Assembly: GCA_964016885.1 (NCBI GenBank)
Contig: OZ024745.1
Span: 119,846,001 to 119,910,000 of the forward strand
From: Eledone cirrhosa
Lineage: Eukaryota
Direction of reading: 5' to 3'
DNA: 64,000 bases
The position numbers were made by a program, and so were the translations under genes. Of the stretch, positions 40,050 through 54,261 are shown piece by piece. The stretch's first letter is position 1; each line of letters starts with the position of its first letter. Under the pieces are notes generated by a model. That model did not search any database and was not told the DNA's origin. It worked only from the letters and a program-made list of their open reading frames with translations.

Positions 40050-40208
40050 TAATAATAATAAATTTGAAGACTAAAATCAAAATAGGGTTCGATAAGGATA
40101 CATATATATCGAATATATACGAACCGTAGAGCAAATATTTATTAAAATAACAGATTAAAGTTTAAGCAAAGAATTCTTTGCTTAAACTTTAATCTGTTAT
40201 TTTAATAA

Positions 40209-40210
<2 letters not shown>
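40050..40210. mobile_element. Terminal-repeat fragment ending in a perfect ~74 bp palindrome (40137-40210)
   Basis: TATTTATTAAAATAACAGATTAAAGTTTAAGCAAAGAA|TTCTTTGCTTAAACTTTAATCTGTTATTTTAATAAATA; same family as 27230 and 60603. Confidence 0.9.
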
Positions 40211-40264
<54 letters not shown>

Positions 40265-40379
40265 TATGTTAAGGTATCAATACATATTTAGTATGTATGA
40301 TGATCATGTTTCTCAATGAATGAGTTCAGTGGACCTTGGTTGAGACCACCAATAATTTAAATGTTATATATATATATAT

Positions 40380-40593
40380 AGTTATGTAATAAACAACATA
40401 ATATAGTTATTTCATTTACCAGTCGTTTCTTGAAGGCAGATGTTGTGTCTGTCTTCAGTCGTCAGAATGAATAAATAACATGGTCTAACCATGTTATTTA
40501 TTCATTGTAACAACTGAAGACAGACGCAATATCTGCCTTCAAGAAACGACTGGTAAATGAAATAATTATCTTATGTTGTTTATTACATAACTA
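40380..40593. mobile_element. Fold-back with ~105 bp arms and a 4 nt loop
   Basis: AGTTATGTAATAAACAACATAA..AATAACATGGT ct AACCATGTTATT..TTATGTTGTTTATTACATAACT. Confidence 0.92.
40411..40471 (-). ncRNA. Type I hammerhead ribozyme
   Basis: TTCATT CTGACGA c TGAAGACAGA cacaaca TCTGCCTTCA a GAAA C gactg G T A^ AATGAA; 6-bp stem I. Confidence 0.78.
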
Positions 40594-40720
40594 ATAAGCG
40601 CTGTAGCCTACATACAGCTCTTTTTTTTCCTGTACCTTTCCGACGGAAATACTTCACATATAAATATATGGCGTAGGACAGAACAAAGGAGAGGCACAAA
40701 AACAAAGAAAAGAATCCCCA

Positions 40721-40763
40721 GTCACTGAAGAGGTCACATAATGTGTGACGAAAGAACTTTGAC
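40721..40763 (+). ncRNA. Minimal type I hammerhead ribozyme
   Basis: GTCA CTGAAGA g GTCACAT aat GTGTGAC GAAA g aa c T T^ TGAC; followed by ~150 nt of terminal repeat and then (TA)n. Confidence 0.8.
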
Positions 40764-40917
40764 AATATATAAACAACCATCTGGTTGTGGAACCAACCAA
40801 CCAACCGGAAATTTGTAAATTCCTAAATTTATAAATTTATTATAATAAATTGAAGTGAAAGCAACTGGTGCGTGTGTTTCTTATTGGCAACATGACCCTC
40901 CCAAAGTATAACAATAT

Positions 40918-41013
<96 letters not shown>

Positions 41014-41140
41014 ATATCCACCAAATTAGTATATACACATATTTATTTGAGAATTTCTAATATAACGTCATTTTATTTTTTGCAGATTAAATTAAAACGA
41101 TGCTATGCCTAATGACTGCTTCAGAAGAAAATATTAAAAT

Positions 41141-41960
41141 AACTCTAATGATCAGATATTCGACGAACAGGCGCCTCATTACAACCAGGCCCTCAAGCGG
41201 GGTGGCTTCCGGGAGGAAATATCCTTTTATCCAGCTTCCCTTAGCGGATCCAGCAGGCGACACCGCCGCTCACGCAACGTAACCTGGTTCAATCCTCCCC
41301 ATAATGACGAGGTGGCAACACCTACCGGGAAAATCTTCTTTAGACTCCTCGAAAAACACTTTCCACTACAACACCGCTACCACAACATAATCAACAAAAA
41401 TACCATCGAACTCTCCTACAGCACCACACCTAACTTTGCACAACATATCGTCTCCTTAAACAACAAAAAACTCAACCCCTATGGAAGAAATAACCTAGAC
41501 ATCAGTGGAGAGCCGACCAGGTGGTGTAACTGCCCTGATAGATCTACGTACCCCCTCAACAACGAATGCCGAGAACGTAACGTGATCTACCAGTGCAACG
41601 TGAGGACGGACACCTCCAACAAAGCTTATATAGGATTAACCGCGTGTGACTTCAAGACCCGGCTCTACCAACAGCGACATACTCTCCGAAACCCGGTCCG
41701 GCGACATGCCACTACACTTTCGGGCCACATCTGGGACCTCCAAGATAATAATATAACCTACAATCTCACTTGGAGCTTACTATCCAAAGGTAACTCTTAC
41801 ACGGGAGGACGCCGTCCATGTAACTTATGCTCGGAGGAAACATTACAAATGCTGTTTTAGAAGGACCAACTCCTAAACAAGAAAGATGAACTGGTAACCG
41901 CATGCAAACACAGATTGCATAGGACTTACCTCGCCCTCAAACCCCATAACGACCCGGTGG
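41141..41960 (+). mobile_element. Penelope-like element C: RT thumb end, linker and GIY-YIG (Neptune-type), one premature stop
   Basis: In frame from 41141: IFDEQAPHYNQALKRGG..RNVTWFNPPH..KHFP..NKNTIELSYS..CNCPDR..PLNNEC..NVIYQC..AYIGLT..FKTRL..TTLSGHIW..CNLCSEE..* KDQLLNKKDELVTACKH. Confidence 0.92.
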
Positions 41961-42845
41961 GTTTACAAGGGGTGATACCCCCCTACTTGCCGAATAAGTT
42001 AGGGGAAACCCCAGCTTACTTAGGTAGATGTATCTCTTTTCTTTTCTTATCCTCTTTGTCTTCTTCTCCCCCTGTCTCATCCTATCACTTCCTTCCCCCC
42101 CTATTTTCTTCCTCGTCTGCTTTTCCACTTCGCCTACCCCGATGCAGCCCATCGGGCATCTGTAGCATCAGTTCCCCCACCCCTGTAATCTTAAGATAGA
42201 ATTGGCTGAATACGGTTTACTAACTACTTATAGCAGACGTGTTAAACCCCTTTAATTCTGTATCAGTTCTGGTACTACTCAATTTCTACAAGTTTTTTTC
42301 TATTCTCAACTTATTAACCTGTAATTGTAATTTAGCATTGTGATTTTTTTTATTCATTTCTCACTATCTAATTTTATATATTTTTTTTATTTCTTGCTAT
42401 TATCTTTTATTGTCTCCTACTCTCATTTGATTTACCTATTCTATAACCTCTCTCCTCCACTTCATACTCTATCCTCAGAATCTGCTGTATACATATCATT
42501 TTCAACGCTTGACCGCCCCTGTCACTCCCCTATTGTTCTACAGCAAGTTCAGCCACTCCTACCACCCACCAAATGCCAAGATAGACTTATTTGTGTTTAC
42601 AACACATTTTAACCAATCCTCTTGACAACTACAATCTTCCCATATAAGGAAGTACCCCCTTGAAAAGTTCGGCTATTTATTCAACAGGCTAAAAATTCTA
42701 ATTTAGTCCAGAAATAGCCGTCGAAACGGCTTGAGCTCTACCGTCGGGATCATACTTTTTCCTATTTCCCACTCTACTACCCTAAGTATTGAGTAATCTG
42801 GTGCGTTATGGTCCATCTGGTTCCTTACCACTTTTCCTTTGTTAT
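41961..42845 (+). mobile_element. 3' UTR/pseudo-LTR of element C
   Basis: Pyrimidine-rich tail ending at (TA)n; its last ~150 bp recur at 3200, 12408, 18130 and 55173. Confidence 0.75.
42655..42749 (+). ncRNA. Type I hammerhead with U3-A8 covariant core
   Basis: CCC TTGAAAA G tt CGGCTATTT..AAATAGCCG t C GAAA CGG c ttgagctct a CCG T C^ GGG; other copies show GCCGTCGGGGT, which extends stems III and I. Confidence 0.7.
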
Positions 42846-43665
42846 ATATATATGTAGTAATAATAATAAATAATTAATATATATATATACATAAATATGC
42901 ATATATATATATATATATATATACATATATATGTGTGTGTGTGTATGTGTGTGTGCGTGTGCGTGTGCGTGTGTGTGTGCGTGTGTGTGTGTGTGTGCGT
43001 GTGTGTATACCTTATTCACAACCTCTTCGTAAACATTCATTATTCCGATATTTTTATATCTACGTATTACTTAAATATGATTTTATTTCCACTGTTTCCT
43101 GCCTTTTCTTGTGTTACAATATATATAATACATAAAATCAAAGAGAATTATTTATTGATTCAATAACACGGTGACTTTCATCCCTATATTTCTTTTAAAA
43201 TTATTCTTTGGTGAATTTGTTATATTATTAGAACAAATAATAGCTACACTTGTTTTTCATTCTAAGTTTCATTGGGTTCTCGTAAAATAAAAGAAAACAT
43301 TTCTTTTCTTGTCATAACAATCATTGCCTTTAGTTTACTTGTGTATAATTCATATGGAAATCAACGATTTAAACCTTTTGAATGAGATTTTATAGGCGCA
43401 ATGCTTTTGATGTACATGAACATTTACGTATTCAGCCTGTAGAAAACATCAAATAAATATTTGAAATTTTTGTTGAAAAATGCATTTTTTGAAAATTAAT
43501 AATACATGTTTATGACTAAAATTCAGTTATCCTGAAATAAAATAAATGGGTTTTCATATGTTAAAATAAATCACTAATCATACAATAACACATCTTTTCA
43601 ATAATTTCTCGTTACTAACGAACACTTAATAATTTTGTAACTCTATGCTGAAATGCATGGCCGTA

Positions 43666-43822
43666 ATGCCATGCTTTGCAGCATAGAGTTACAGCCTTTT
43701 ACGGCCTGAGTTCAAATACCGCCGAGATTAACTTTGCCTTTTATCCTTTCGGAGTCGATAAAATAAAGCACCAGTAATGCACTGGGGTGATTGCTGGCAT
43801 TATGCCAAAAGTAGAAACAATA
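43666..43822 (+). mobile_element. SINE family 1
   Basis: Family B-box, core and tail. Confidence 0.88.
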
Positions 43823-45839
43823 ATTTTTGTAACATATATATTGAATATGCTCTGTCATCACATCGTCCATAGTCTGTCTAGTTCTCCCAGACCCTCACTA
43901 ACTACTATGTGCTGTCGTTCCGTCTCAAAAAGTCAATGTGCTAGAATTCCTTTTCTACGTGTTATTCTTGCAAAGGAAGCAACATTAATGGCATCTATTT
44001 CACTGGTCTCGACCTATCTGTGGGCAATCTCCTCGTTTATTTCAAATTAACAAAAACATATTTACATGCCTGTGTGCCTGAATGTTTGTGTATATAGAAA
44101 TAAATATACCCCAATATTATCAGTTTGCTAAGAATTTAATCCTAATCTCTTATTAATGCTTTAAGAACGCTATGCCTCCTGTTGATATGAATATCGTGAG
44201 ACATCCCTATCTAAGGTTTCAGAAAATATATTTTTTTACTGGTGGATTTTATTACGTATTTTAGTATATATAGCACTTGAATGTATGTTTGTGAATTTAT
44301 TTCCAATACATTATTGCCGGGCATGAAATATTCTTACCCGGTTTTAATGGAACAAGAAGGAATTTGTGTACAAAAACACAAGAATTTGATGAAAACCATA
44401 CTATTTTGTATCAGCATAAAATAAATCCATAGATTTAATGATAATCTTTCGTTCGTGTACAGCGGTGAAATCTGTAGTGAAATGGACCGGCCATTCACCA
44501 ACTTCCAAACATCTAACACAATTCAGTTTCAAAACTCGCAAGCTTGCATGGCACAGAAACTAATTCTCTAAACAATTATATTTCCCCATTTCAAGTGATG
44601 TACAAACTTGTTTATTCATTTAGTGATTCCTACATCATCCATACACAAAGAGTGAATCCTATGTTTTACTAATGAGGTCAGAATAAAACAAAAACGAAAC
44701 AGCAGTTTTTCCTTATAATTGACACATCCCCCAAAAATGAGAATACCAGTGATTGATTGGCTTGGATTTTCCCAGCTTAAAAATAGTTCTTGCTATTTAA
44801 TTATCTTTTCATTATCTATATACTACTAAAATTCTGTGATTATGACTTCTCTGCAATATAATACAGCCAAAATGGCGCATAATGGGAACATAATTTGAAA
44901 GGGAGTTGCACTTGAAGTGGGAATACAAATGGAATACAAGTTTCGCGTACGTCGCAGCACGGGTTCCTGAGATACCGGAATCTTACGGGTATCTTTATAA
45001 ATAAAAAGAGAGAAAGATAGATAGAAAGAGATAGTGTTTGTGAGAGCGTATCTTGAAAGGGAGACATATCTGTGAATATTTTAATCATTTGAAAATTATT
45101 TTTAAATGAACATGATTTTAAAAAGTATATTTTAAAGTGAAAGTGAGCCAATGGATCACGAGTGGTCTAGTATATTTTAAATTTTATTGAAGCTACTATT
45201 TTAGAATTAGTTCGGATGTGATATCTAGTAATATTTTGTTGCAGATATCCCGTGTGGAAATTATGAGATATGTATTACTTTTTCAAAATTTATATTGTTT
45301 CCATGTCTCAACACATAAATACTGTAGTGGTTTTTAATTGAACCAAAAATCAGATCTGTAAGCCATTCTATACATACGTGTCTAAATATAGAACTACCCA
45401 CATAATAATATATGTCAATTTATGAAAGCAAGTGTTCTTTACTAATCATAAATTATAAGGAATCCTACTTTCTGTTTTGAGGGTGTTTTATATGTTAGTA
45501 ATTATTTCAAGTCACGAAACACATTTTTCCCTCGAGGCATCATATATCATAATTTAATATTAAATAATATACTTAGCTACGATATATATATACATATATG
45601 TGCGTGTGTTTTCCCGTGTGTTTCTGTGCGTTTGTTTGTGTAAGTGTGTAAGTGTTCGTATATATGAGAGAGCGCCTATGTATATGTTGTATATGCATAC
45701 TGAAGCGTCTTTACATTCGTGCGTTAATATTGAATAATTAATCAGTACTCTTTACCAACTCTAATGATTGCTACTAGATTTTCTTTCTATAAAATCCTCC
45801 ATTTGCTGATTCAGTGATCGAAGCCTTAGATTATCAACC

Positions 45840-45936
45840 ATATATATATATATATATATATATTCACACACATATGTATATATATATATGTACATATATA
45901 TATATATATATATTCACACACATATGTATATATATA

Positions 45937-46006
<70 letters not shown>

Positions 46007-46030
46007 CACACATATGTATATATATATATG

Positions 46031-46084
<54 letters not shown>

Positions 46085-46109
46085 TCACACACATATGTAT
46101 ATATATATA

Positions 46110-46165
<56 letters not shown>
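45840..46165 (+). repeat. Higher-order microsatellite: 4x [(TA)n TTCACACACATATG (TA)n TGTACA]
   Basis: Unit visible at ~45863, 45913, 46003 and 46084. Confidence 0.9.
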
Positions 46166-46596
46166 GCATATATATATGTGTGTGTGTAAATATATATTTA
46201 TGTGTGTGCGTATGTACATTGTGTTTGCATTGCTGTTTATTCTTTAAATCTTGTATGTTTCAAATCTTGTATGTTTTCAATAGAATGTCTTCTAAATCCA
46301 GTTTACACCAACACTGCTACGCAAACGTGTTCTTCCTGTAATAAGTAATTCAAAGCCAAACAACCGTTACTTTGCCTCCCATACTCAGCGTTTCCCTGGA
46401 TGAAATATATATACATATATGAAAATAGGGAGACAAAGACGATTATTAGGAAGAAAAATATTTTTTTTCCTTTTATTGTTTCCCTTAGTACACAAAGATC
46501 TCAACTCCATTTTGTAATACGGAGTAATGCATTTCGATGTTAAAATTTTGCTTATACCCTCGCAGGGTTTATTATTAATTTCGTTGCCTATTTAAC

Positions 46597-46639
46597 TGCC
46601 TCAGACGAGCCCCATTGGGCGAAACATATGTAAGAGGTA
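46597..46639 (+). ncRNA. Hammerhead-like motif, imperfect
   Basis: TGCCT CAGACGA GCCC catt GGGC GAAA CATATG T A^ AGAGGTA; palindromic ACATATGT; CAGACGA core and slipped stem I. Confidence 0.6.
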
Positions 46640-46686
46640 TTTATAAATGTGTTTTAACAGCTTGCTTCTATTTCATCATTTTTTTC

Positions 46687-46852
<166 letters not shown>

Positions 46853-47527
46853 GGTGAACATGAAGACTTTTTTTTATTATAAAATACCATATCTCAGATA
46901 CTACATGAGATTTGCGTTTTTATTATTTTACTTTATAAATTTCAAGTTTACAGTTTTTTCTAAACATGTTTTACATTTTCTTTTCTACAGGTAGTATTTT
47001 TAATTTTCAGTAACAAAATGGCAGCTAGGAAACAAAAAGTCCAGTGTGTTTTGTGCTTTCACGAAACAAAATTGACAATTAAGGTTCAACGAAGCTTTGG
47101 AGAGAATACGAACAAATTCCAACAGATGTTAAAAGCATCAAGAACTGGTATTACAAACTTAAAGAGACTGGCAGCGTTGGTTTCTTCAAAAGACCCGGCA
47201 GGCCAAGGTTATGTGTAGAGAATGTTGATGCTCTGTGTACTGCTTTGCAACCGCAGGAAGTCAACTCTCAGAGACTGAAGAGAGCTGGGAATTCCATAGA
47301 GTACAGTTGTTATAATTTTGCACAAGCGTCTGCGTTTGTAAGCATACTAAGTACAAATCGTTTAAGCTTTGCAACCAAATTATTGTCCCCAACGTTGTAG
47401 CTTTGCAACGGAAGTTCTTGATCGAATTGATAAGGACAATGATTATCTTAAGTACGTTGTATTTTCTGACGAGTCTTCTTTCCACATATCAGGTAAAGTT
47501 AATAGCCACAATGTGCGGATTTTTGGA

Positions 47528-47725
47528 TAGAGAACCCACACTTTGTGTTCGTGCATCAGAGAGAGAGCGGCAAGCTAAATGTTTGGTGCTGGTGATCAGA
47601 GAACCCACGCGATGTGTTCGAGCACCAGAGAAACAGCAGGAAGGTAAATGTCTGGTGCTGGGATGAGAGGCCTACACGTTGTGTTCGTGCATCAGGCAGA
47701 GGTAAGATAAATGTTTGATGTTGTC
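47528..47725 (+). repeat. Diverged triplication of a ~69 bp segment inside the transposase
   Basis: AGAGAACCCAC..TGTGTTCG.GCA.CAG..AAG.TAAATGT.TG.TG three times. Confidence 0.85.
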
Positions 47726-48057
47726 TAATGCATAACAGTATCATCGGACCTTTCTTGTTTGCTGAATCTACCATTTCAGTAAACATTTACCTGGACATGC
47801 TGGACAATTACGCTGTATCCCATTTGGCAGAGTTTCAGCGAAAGATAGTCTTCCAACAAGATGGGACTCCTCCACATTGGGGATTATGTGTCCGTAAGTC
47901 TTTGAACGCAACCTTTCCAAACAGATTGATTGGGAGAGGTGGTCCAACACCATTGCCACCACGTTTGCCACACATTACACTGCTTGACTTCTTTTTATGG
48001 GGGTACGTGAAGGACAACGTGTACTGTACACCGGTTAGTGATCTTGAAACTCTAAAT

Positions 48058-48345
48058 TAATCATCGTCAACCTGCGGCCCGGGAAGCTTTCTCAATGGCT
48101 CACCTAAATCACATAAATCTTTCTGATTTTTTTAACCCCACATTTTCAGTCGCAAATTATCTTTATATTAGTTTTACGATCGAGGAAAACAACGTGTACG
48201 AATTCTGAAGAAACAAATCAAAACAACTTGAGTTACCGGCCGTTTTTTTTAATGTGGGCAAAAATGAGAATTAGCGCTTGCGGCCCACCTGATGATGATC
48301 CATATCTCATGCGGACCGCTTCTCGAAAAAGGTTGCCTATGCCTG
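48058..48345. mobile_element. hAT (Charlie-like) MITE nested in the transposase
   Basis: TIRs TAATCATCGTCAACCT / AGGTTGCCTATGCCTG; 8-bp TSD CTCTAAAT / CTCTAAAG; removal rejoins DLETL to KARITEAIASV. Confidence 0.88.
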
Positions 48346-48614
48346 CTCTAAAGGCAAGGATAACTGAGGCAATAGCATCCGTAAGAGTTGATATGCTTCA
48401 GAACGCATGGCGTGAAATTGAATATCACTTAGATGTGTGCTGAGTGACGAGAGGGGATCATGTTGAATTTCACGGAAATTCATCTTATGATTGAAAAGAA
48501 CTTCACATATGTTATAAGTGTTCCAAAAACTGTTTTTCTATTTTATTTTTTTAATGTTTTGCTTAATACAGGGTTATAATTAGGAAAAGGCTTTATACTC
48601 ATCCTGTATATCTA

Positions 48615-48872
48615 GAAAGCACTGAAGATGAAGAACTCAGGGATGTAAGGGAACCTTCCAAACGTCAGCTGAGATGTGGCTCAGCAGAGATAGTGATTAG
48701 CTAAACAGGCTCACCGACATTCAGAGCTGACAAAGCATTCAGTAGTCACATGGGAGCCCCTACACGGATACGTTGTAAAAGGGAGACCGATGATGACATA
48801 TATTGATGCTCTAAGGACAGGCCCTGATCTCCGGGTGACGCGGGACATAGCGCGTTAATGAAGGACAGAAAT
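48615..48872 (+). mobile_element. Old RTE-like LINE 3' fragment
   Basis: Diverged copy of the 54262 family (..GCTCACCGACATTCAGAGCTGAC..GGGAGACCG..ACATATATTGATGCTCTAAGGACAG). Confidence 0.7.
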
Positions 48873-48924
48873 ATATATACATATTGTTATATTTGGGGAG
48901 GGCCGTGTTGTTATAATATTGCCA

Positions 48925-49368
48925 GGCAAAGTTGACCTCGGCGCGATTTGAACTCAGGCCGTAAAGGGCCGTAACTCTATGCTGCAAAGCATGGTGGCCG
49001 ACTCTCTACCTATACTGCCAATCCACCGCCCTTGCCATGGCATGAAATAATAACATATCTTTAAAATGAAAAAATCCATCAAATAATGTAGATATTGATA
49101 CAGTATCTTGAAATATAATGGGATCCTTATTGATGGAATGTATTTCATCATATCAATTCTGACATCGTAAATAAGGTGGAAATAATTGAAATAATCGTTT
49201 CTACTTTAGGCACAAGGCCAGAAATTATCTAGTACATTAATGGTACTTTATTTTATCGACCCCGTAAGGATGAAAGGCAAATTTAATCTCGGCTGGATTT
49301 CAACTCAGAATGGCAAGAGCCGTAACTCTATGCTGCAAAGCATGGTGTCCGACCCTCTACCGATACTG
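48925..49368 (-). mobile_element. Two SINE family 1 copies (48925-49032, 49195-49368)
   Basis: Family motifs. Confidence 0.88.
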
Positions 49369-49919
49369 CATGGAAAACGTTATAGTTTTAAAGTAATATC
49401 GGAATTTTAAAGGTTTTCTATTGAAATAATAAGAGACGCTTCCCAAATTAGACAGATTTCTTTGTAATTTCTTCATAACAGAATCTTTATAAAAATGCGG
49501 ATGATACCGAAGAAAATTAGTACATACCATTTAAAATTTTTTTTTTATTGTGGTTGGAATAATTTTCCTCATAAATTTGTTCAAACAACTTTTACCTGAG
49601 GCTAAACATCAACAACATCTATATGAACATAGCCCTCCCGACACACAAACACACTTATATATATGTGTATATATATATATATATATATTTCGTTTCTGAA
49701 TTTGTTTAGCAAGATTCTTTATCGTATTACTTCAAGAATTTTTCGCCCACTCCATTAACAAAATTTCCCATTTCCCCATCCCCATTCTACCCCAATACCA
49801 TGTAATTAACCCTAAAACACGTCACGCCACCACCACCAATACTACTATTATGTTATTATGTGGGGAGGCCACCAATATGATTGACTGACTTGTCATTTTA
49901 TCAGTCAGATGTTCTAATG

Positions 49920-50017
<98 letters not shown>

Positions 50018-50069
50018 TAACAGATTGAAGTTTAAGCAAAGAATCGGTGCTTTCACCCTTAACGGGATC

Positions 50070-50163
<94 letters not shown>

Positions 50164-50370
50164 ATATATTATATATATATATATATTAATGAGTTAAACA
50201 AGATTCAATGAGTATATCAAAGAATGAGTTTTAAAGTTTTTCTCTATTGAATTTATTACGTTTTCGCATTTTCTCATTATTAGGGTATAAATGTTAAATT
50301 TTCTTTTAGGTTAATCACTACCTTGATTAAATATTAACCATTTAACATCTCAGGGTATGTCATGTATCAT

Positions 50371-50429
50371 TATATTTTGTCTGATGAGGACGTAGTGTTG
50401 TACATCCGAAATATGTATAATAAAATGTA
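50371..50429 (+). ncRNA. Type I hammerhead ribozyme
   Basis: TATATTTTGT CTGATGA GGA c GTA gtgttg TAC a TCC GAAA TATGTA T A^ ATAAAATGTA; 10-bp stem I with two G.U pairs; in a ~290 bp insert between (TA)n tracts. Confidence 0.85.
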
Positions 50430-50466
50430 ATTGATCAAAAGAACATCTATTTTATTAACATTTGTA

Positions 50467-50512
<46 letters not shown>

Positions 50513-50696
50513 GAAACACACAGATACATGCGGACACACACATATATACATGAATGCATCCGCACCCAACTGTGAGTTAAGGGTGCCAACTTCACCGATG
50601 TTGCTCAATGAATGACTGGGACAGACCAATTCAGTTTGAACCAGACTGAACCAGTATCAGAGTTAAAAATACATTATGAAGAGAGAAGAAACATTT

Positions 50697-50821
<125 letters not shown>

Positions 50822-51260
50822 GGATGAATATAAAATGAAAGTGCTTTTTTTAAAAAGGAATTTATTAGGTATTGACATATGTTTCTGTAACAGACGGAAT
50901 ACCTATGTATCGCTGCTTGCGTAATCATATAATGTTAGCAAGTATTCGATAGCAAATGTATAATCAGTTGTCACTTCTTCAGAGATATTGGATAAATTGG
51001 ATAAAATCAGAAAAATTGAAGTATTTATATTAGTAATAGAGGAAGAAAAAGAGGGGATTGTATATGACAGATGGTAAATCAATTTACTGCTAAACAAGTA
51101 TATAATGGGTTTCTAATGAGAATACCATGAGTAAATGGTTCATTTTATCTAAATAAGAATTTTTGGGAGTGCCAATTTTAATCTCTACTTGACCAATTGG
51201 ACAGTGGACAGGGCTGGTCATTTGGTGTAGTAGTATTACTATATATATATATTAATAGTA

Positions 51261-51300
<40 letters not shown>

Positions 51301-52537
51301 ACGGTGATGACTGTTATAGGGATAGTAGTCGCTGCCATTATTTTCTGCGTTTGGCATTTCGATAATTTCTAAGTATTTTAAATCAATTAACATTACGATA
51401 AGTTATGTTCAAAATAGACCAAATTTTAGAGCATCTACCCCTTTGAAATTAGAATTGTAAAATCACCATAAAATCTTAGAAGAGTTCATTCATGATCTGG
51501 TTTTGTATATTTGCGGATATTATAGAAAACTGTCTAAATATTCAGCAGTTATACGTTGCTACCTTTATTTCAAATACATACTGAGACTAAATTCCATAAC
51601 AGGATCATACTTTTGACTGACGTAATCCCCCATTATATTGGGTTAATTATTCAGAACACTAAGGCACGTACTCTTTGAAGTTGAGTTCATCATATTCAGG
51701 ATTTATGAATACGAAATATGAATATTTTTACAGTATTTTATTCTCTCAAAGACACTATATGAATGTTGGTCGATCATAACTTCAGAGCATGCAAAGTGCT
51801 TGAAAGATAGAAAGGAACACTAGCAAATATGTTATGATCACAGTGCGGCTAGAAATTGTCACGTAATTTAGTTTTGTGGTAGATACAAAATACAAGGGAA
51901 TGTTCATAGGTGGAACGCCTTAGGATCAGACTCTTGTAGAGAAACGTGTAAGTCTCTACTCGATATATGTTTGATTTATAAGGGCTATTTAAAAATCTGT
52001 GAAATTTGAGCAAATATAAATATAAATTTTTCATAGAACAAAATGGGATAAAGGAAAATGTCGAAACTGACGGTCTTTCAACTCAGATTTTAGATAAAGG
52101 AATTTTAATACTATAATGATTTGATCTTATAATATTCTGTTTCTAGAAACACGTTGATTTGCAATAAATATATGTTGATTGATATAATTACGTAAACGAT
52201 TTTCAGTGTAACTCTTCACCTTCGTCATCCTAAGCTAAAAGCATTTAATTCTCATCGAAAGCCTAATGCAATCTCTCCATTAGGGCATTAACAGGAGCGT
52301 TGAAAATAGCGATTGTGTTGCCTGAGTAACAAATCCTTTACATAAATCGTATTTTTGTTTTGTTTTTCTTTCCATTTTACATATTTCAGATACATCTTCG
52401 CCTTTTATATTTTCAAAGATTAGTTTTAGCTTTTGCTTTTCCAAGAATAGTTTTGGGAGATTACTTTCTAAAAATGCTCTTGTTAGCGGCAATCTTAAAA
52501 GTCATTATCGACATAATCTGCTGATTTTACTTACGTA

Positions 52538-52633
<96 letters not shown>

Positions 52634-54212
52634 ACTTCTTATATTTATGACATTCTTGACATTTAAAAAAATGTTTCTAAACACACTTCTAACTATGTAA
52701 TACTTCACTAAAATATAATAGAACATGCAATTTCCTTCATTAATAAAGAATAAAATGTATGCAATATTTACCATAACTAGCAGATAATGAATAATATATC
52801 AAAATATATACCTTACAAGTAGAAGCTAGGCTGAAAGAGAATTATTAATTCACCAAAAACGTGCTGAAATACATTCATATTTTGTCGTTTAGTAGAGCGA
52901 TGGTAAAAATTGATGTTGTTCGAGGGTCAGCTAAAACATCTATAGGCTGACGATGGAGAAGTGGTGCTACAGCTGTGAAATCTTGCATGAATTACTTTTA
53001 AATCATATTAATAACTACAATGTTTCTTTCCAGGGAGTAATGTTGAAAAATATACCTTATTTGGTCATTCCATGAGAGTATCCTATGAACTATCCAGCTC
53101 ATCAACTCTTCGGCCGGTCCTGGTCCTAATACATCGGTGCGGGGTTACGGTGGCGATTATTGAAAAAGTACACTCCTTTGCAAGGAACACATTTAAGTGC
53201 GGTTATGAGAATATGAAGATAAACGAAGGTTACTCGCTGTTACGGAAATTGTAAAGATCTGTAATTTTTCCCTGACTGAAACTGGAGTAAATTTTAAACT
53301 ACGTTCTCCTCATAGTCAACAGGCCACCTCTCATAGTTTGACCGAGATAAATGTGTTGTTAACAAGTTGAAAATCCATGATTATAATATGATTCGGGTGA
53401 AGTTCCCTGGAAACGTGAAAATGAGAAATCGAAACAAGCATCTATCGGATGCTGGGTAAATGCATTACTCATTGCATTAAGGAAGTTCAGTTGATGATTG
53501 ACAACTTTTTATGAAGATTAGCTTGTAGAGATATAGATCAAACATCCAGTTTGTTTATGAATCGTTTGGAAACTTTTAGATTTGAAAATACAGTGGACCC
53601 AGGGAAAATTTACTTGATTTCTTCAACGGTTAGTTTCACATTCTTCTTCTTCGTCTTTTCCCATCTTCTTCTTCTTATACTTAATCTCGTGGATGAAAGT
53701 GAATCATTTTGCTCTCTGGACAGCTTAACGGGATATTTTCCAATGTAGTACTCGCGTAGATACAATCAAATAACTCAATTCAAAACACATCACATAGCAC
53801 TCCCCGTACCAAAAAACGACCGCTGAAAGTACCTATATTACCACTTCTATCAACGCCACTTCTATAGGCACAATTTACGTAGAAAAGGGACCTTGTAAAC
53901 AAAATACAAAAGCCATTTTATATATTAACCACATAGAAACTGTATGAAGCCAATAACCTTTTCATCACGCGAGCCAATTAAGTCTGGATAGTTCAATATC
54001 AGAAAATATCGCTGATAGCCTTACACCATACATAGTATCATACCTCAGGATATTAACTAGAAGAAACGACACTCGAATCATAATATGACGCAAAGCAAGC
54101 TAAACATTTACAATTAAAATACCAGTGTGAAAAACATTTGTATAATCAATTCAATAGAAACACACATACACACACACGTATACAGCCAAACACACACACA
54201 CTCACACACACG

Positions 54213-54261
<49 letters not shown>

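Noticed and set aside
45840-46165. Regularly recurring 14-mer resembling a CRISPR array
   Set aside because: The spacers are (TA)n only, the context is eukaryotic and there are no cas genes.
51300-53760. Non-repetitive stretch that could be decayed coding sequence (also 22300-23600, 31400-33000, 38700-39900)
   Set aside because: Frequent stops in the frames I checked and no motif I can recognise.
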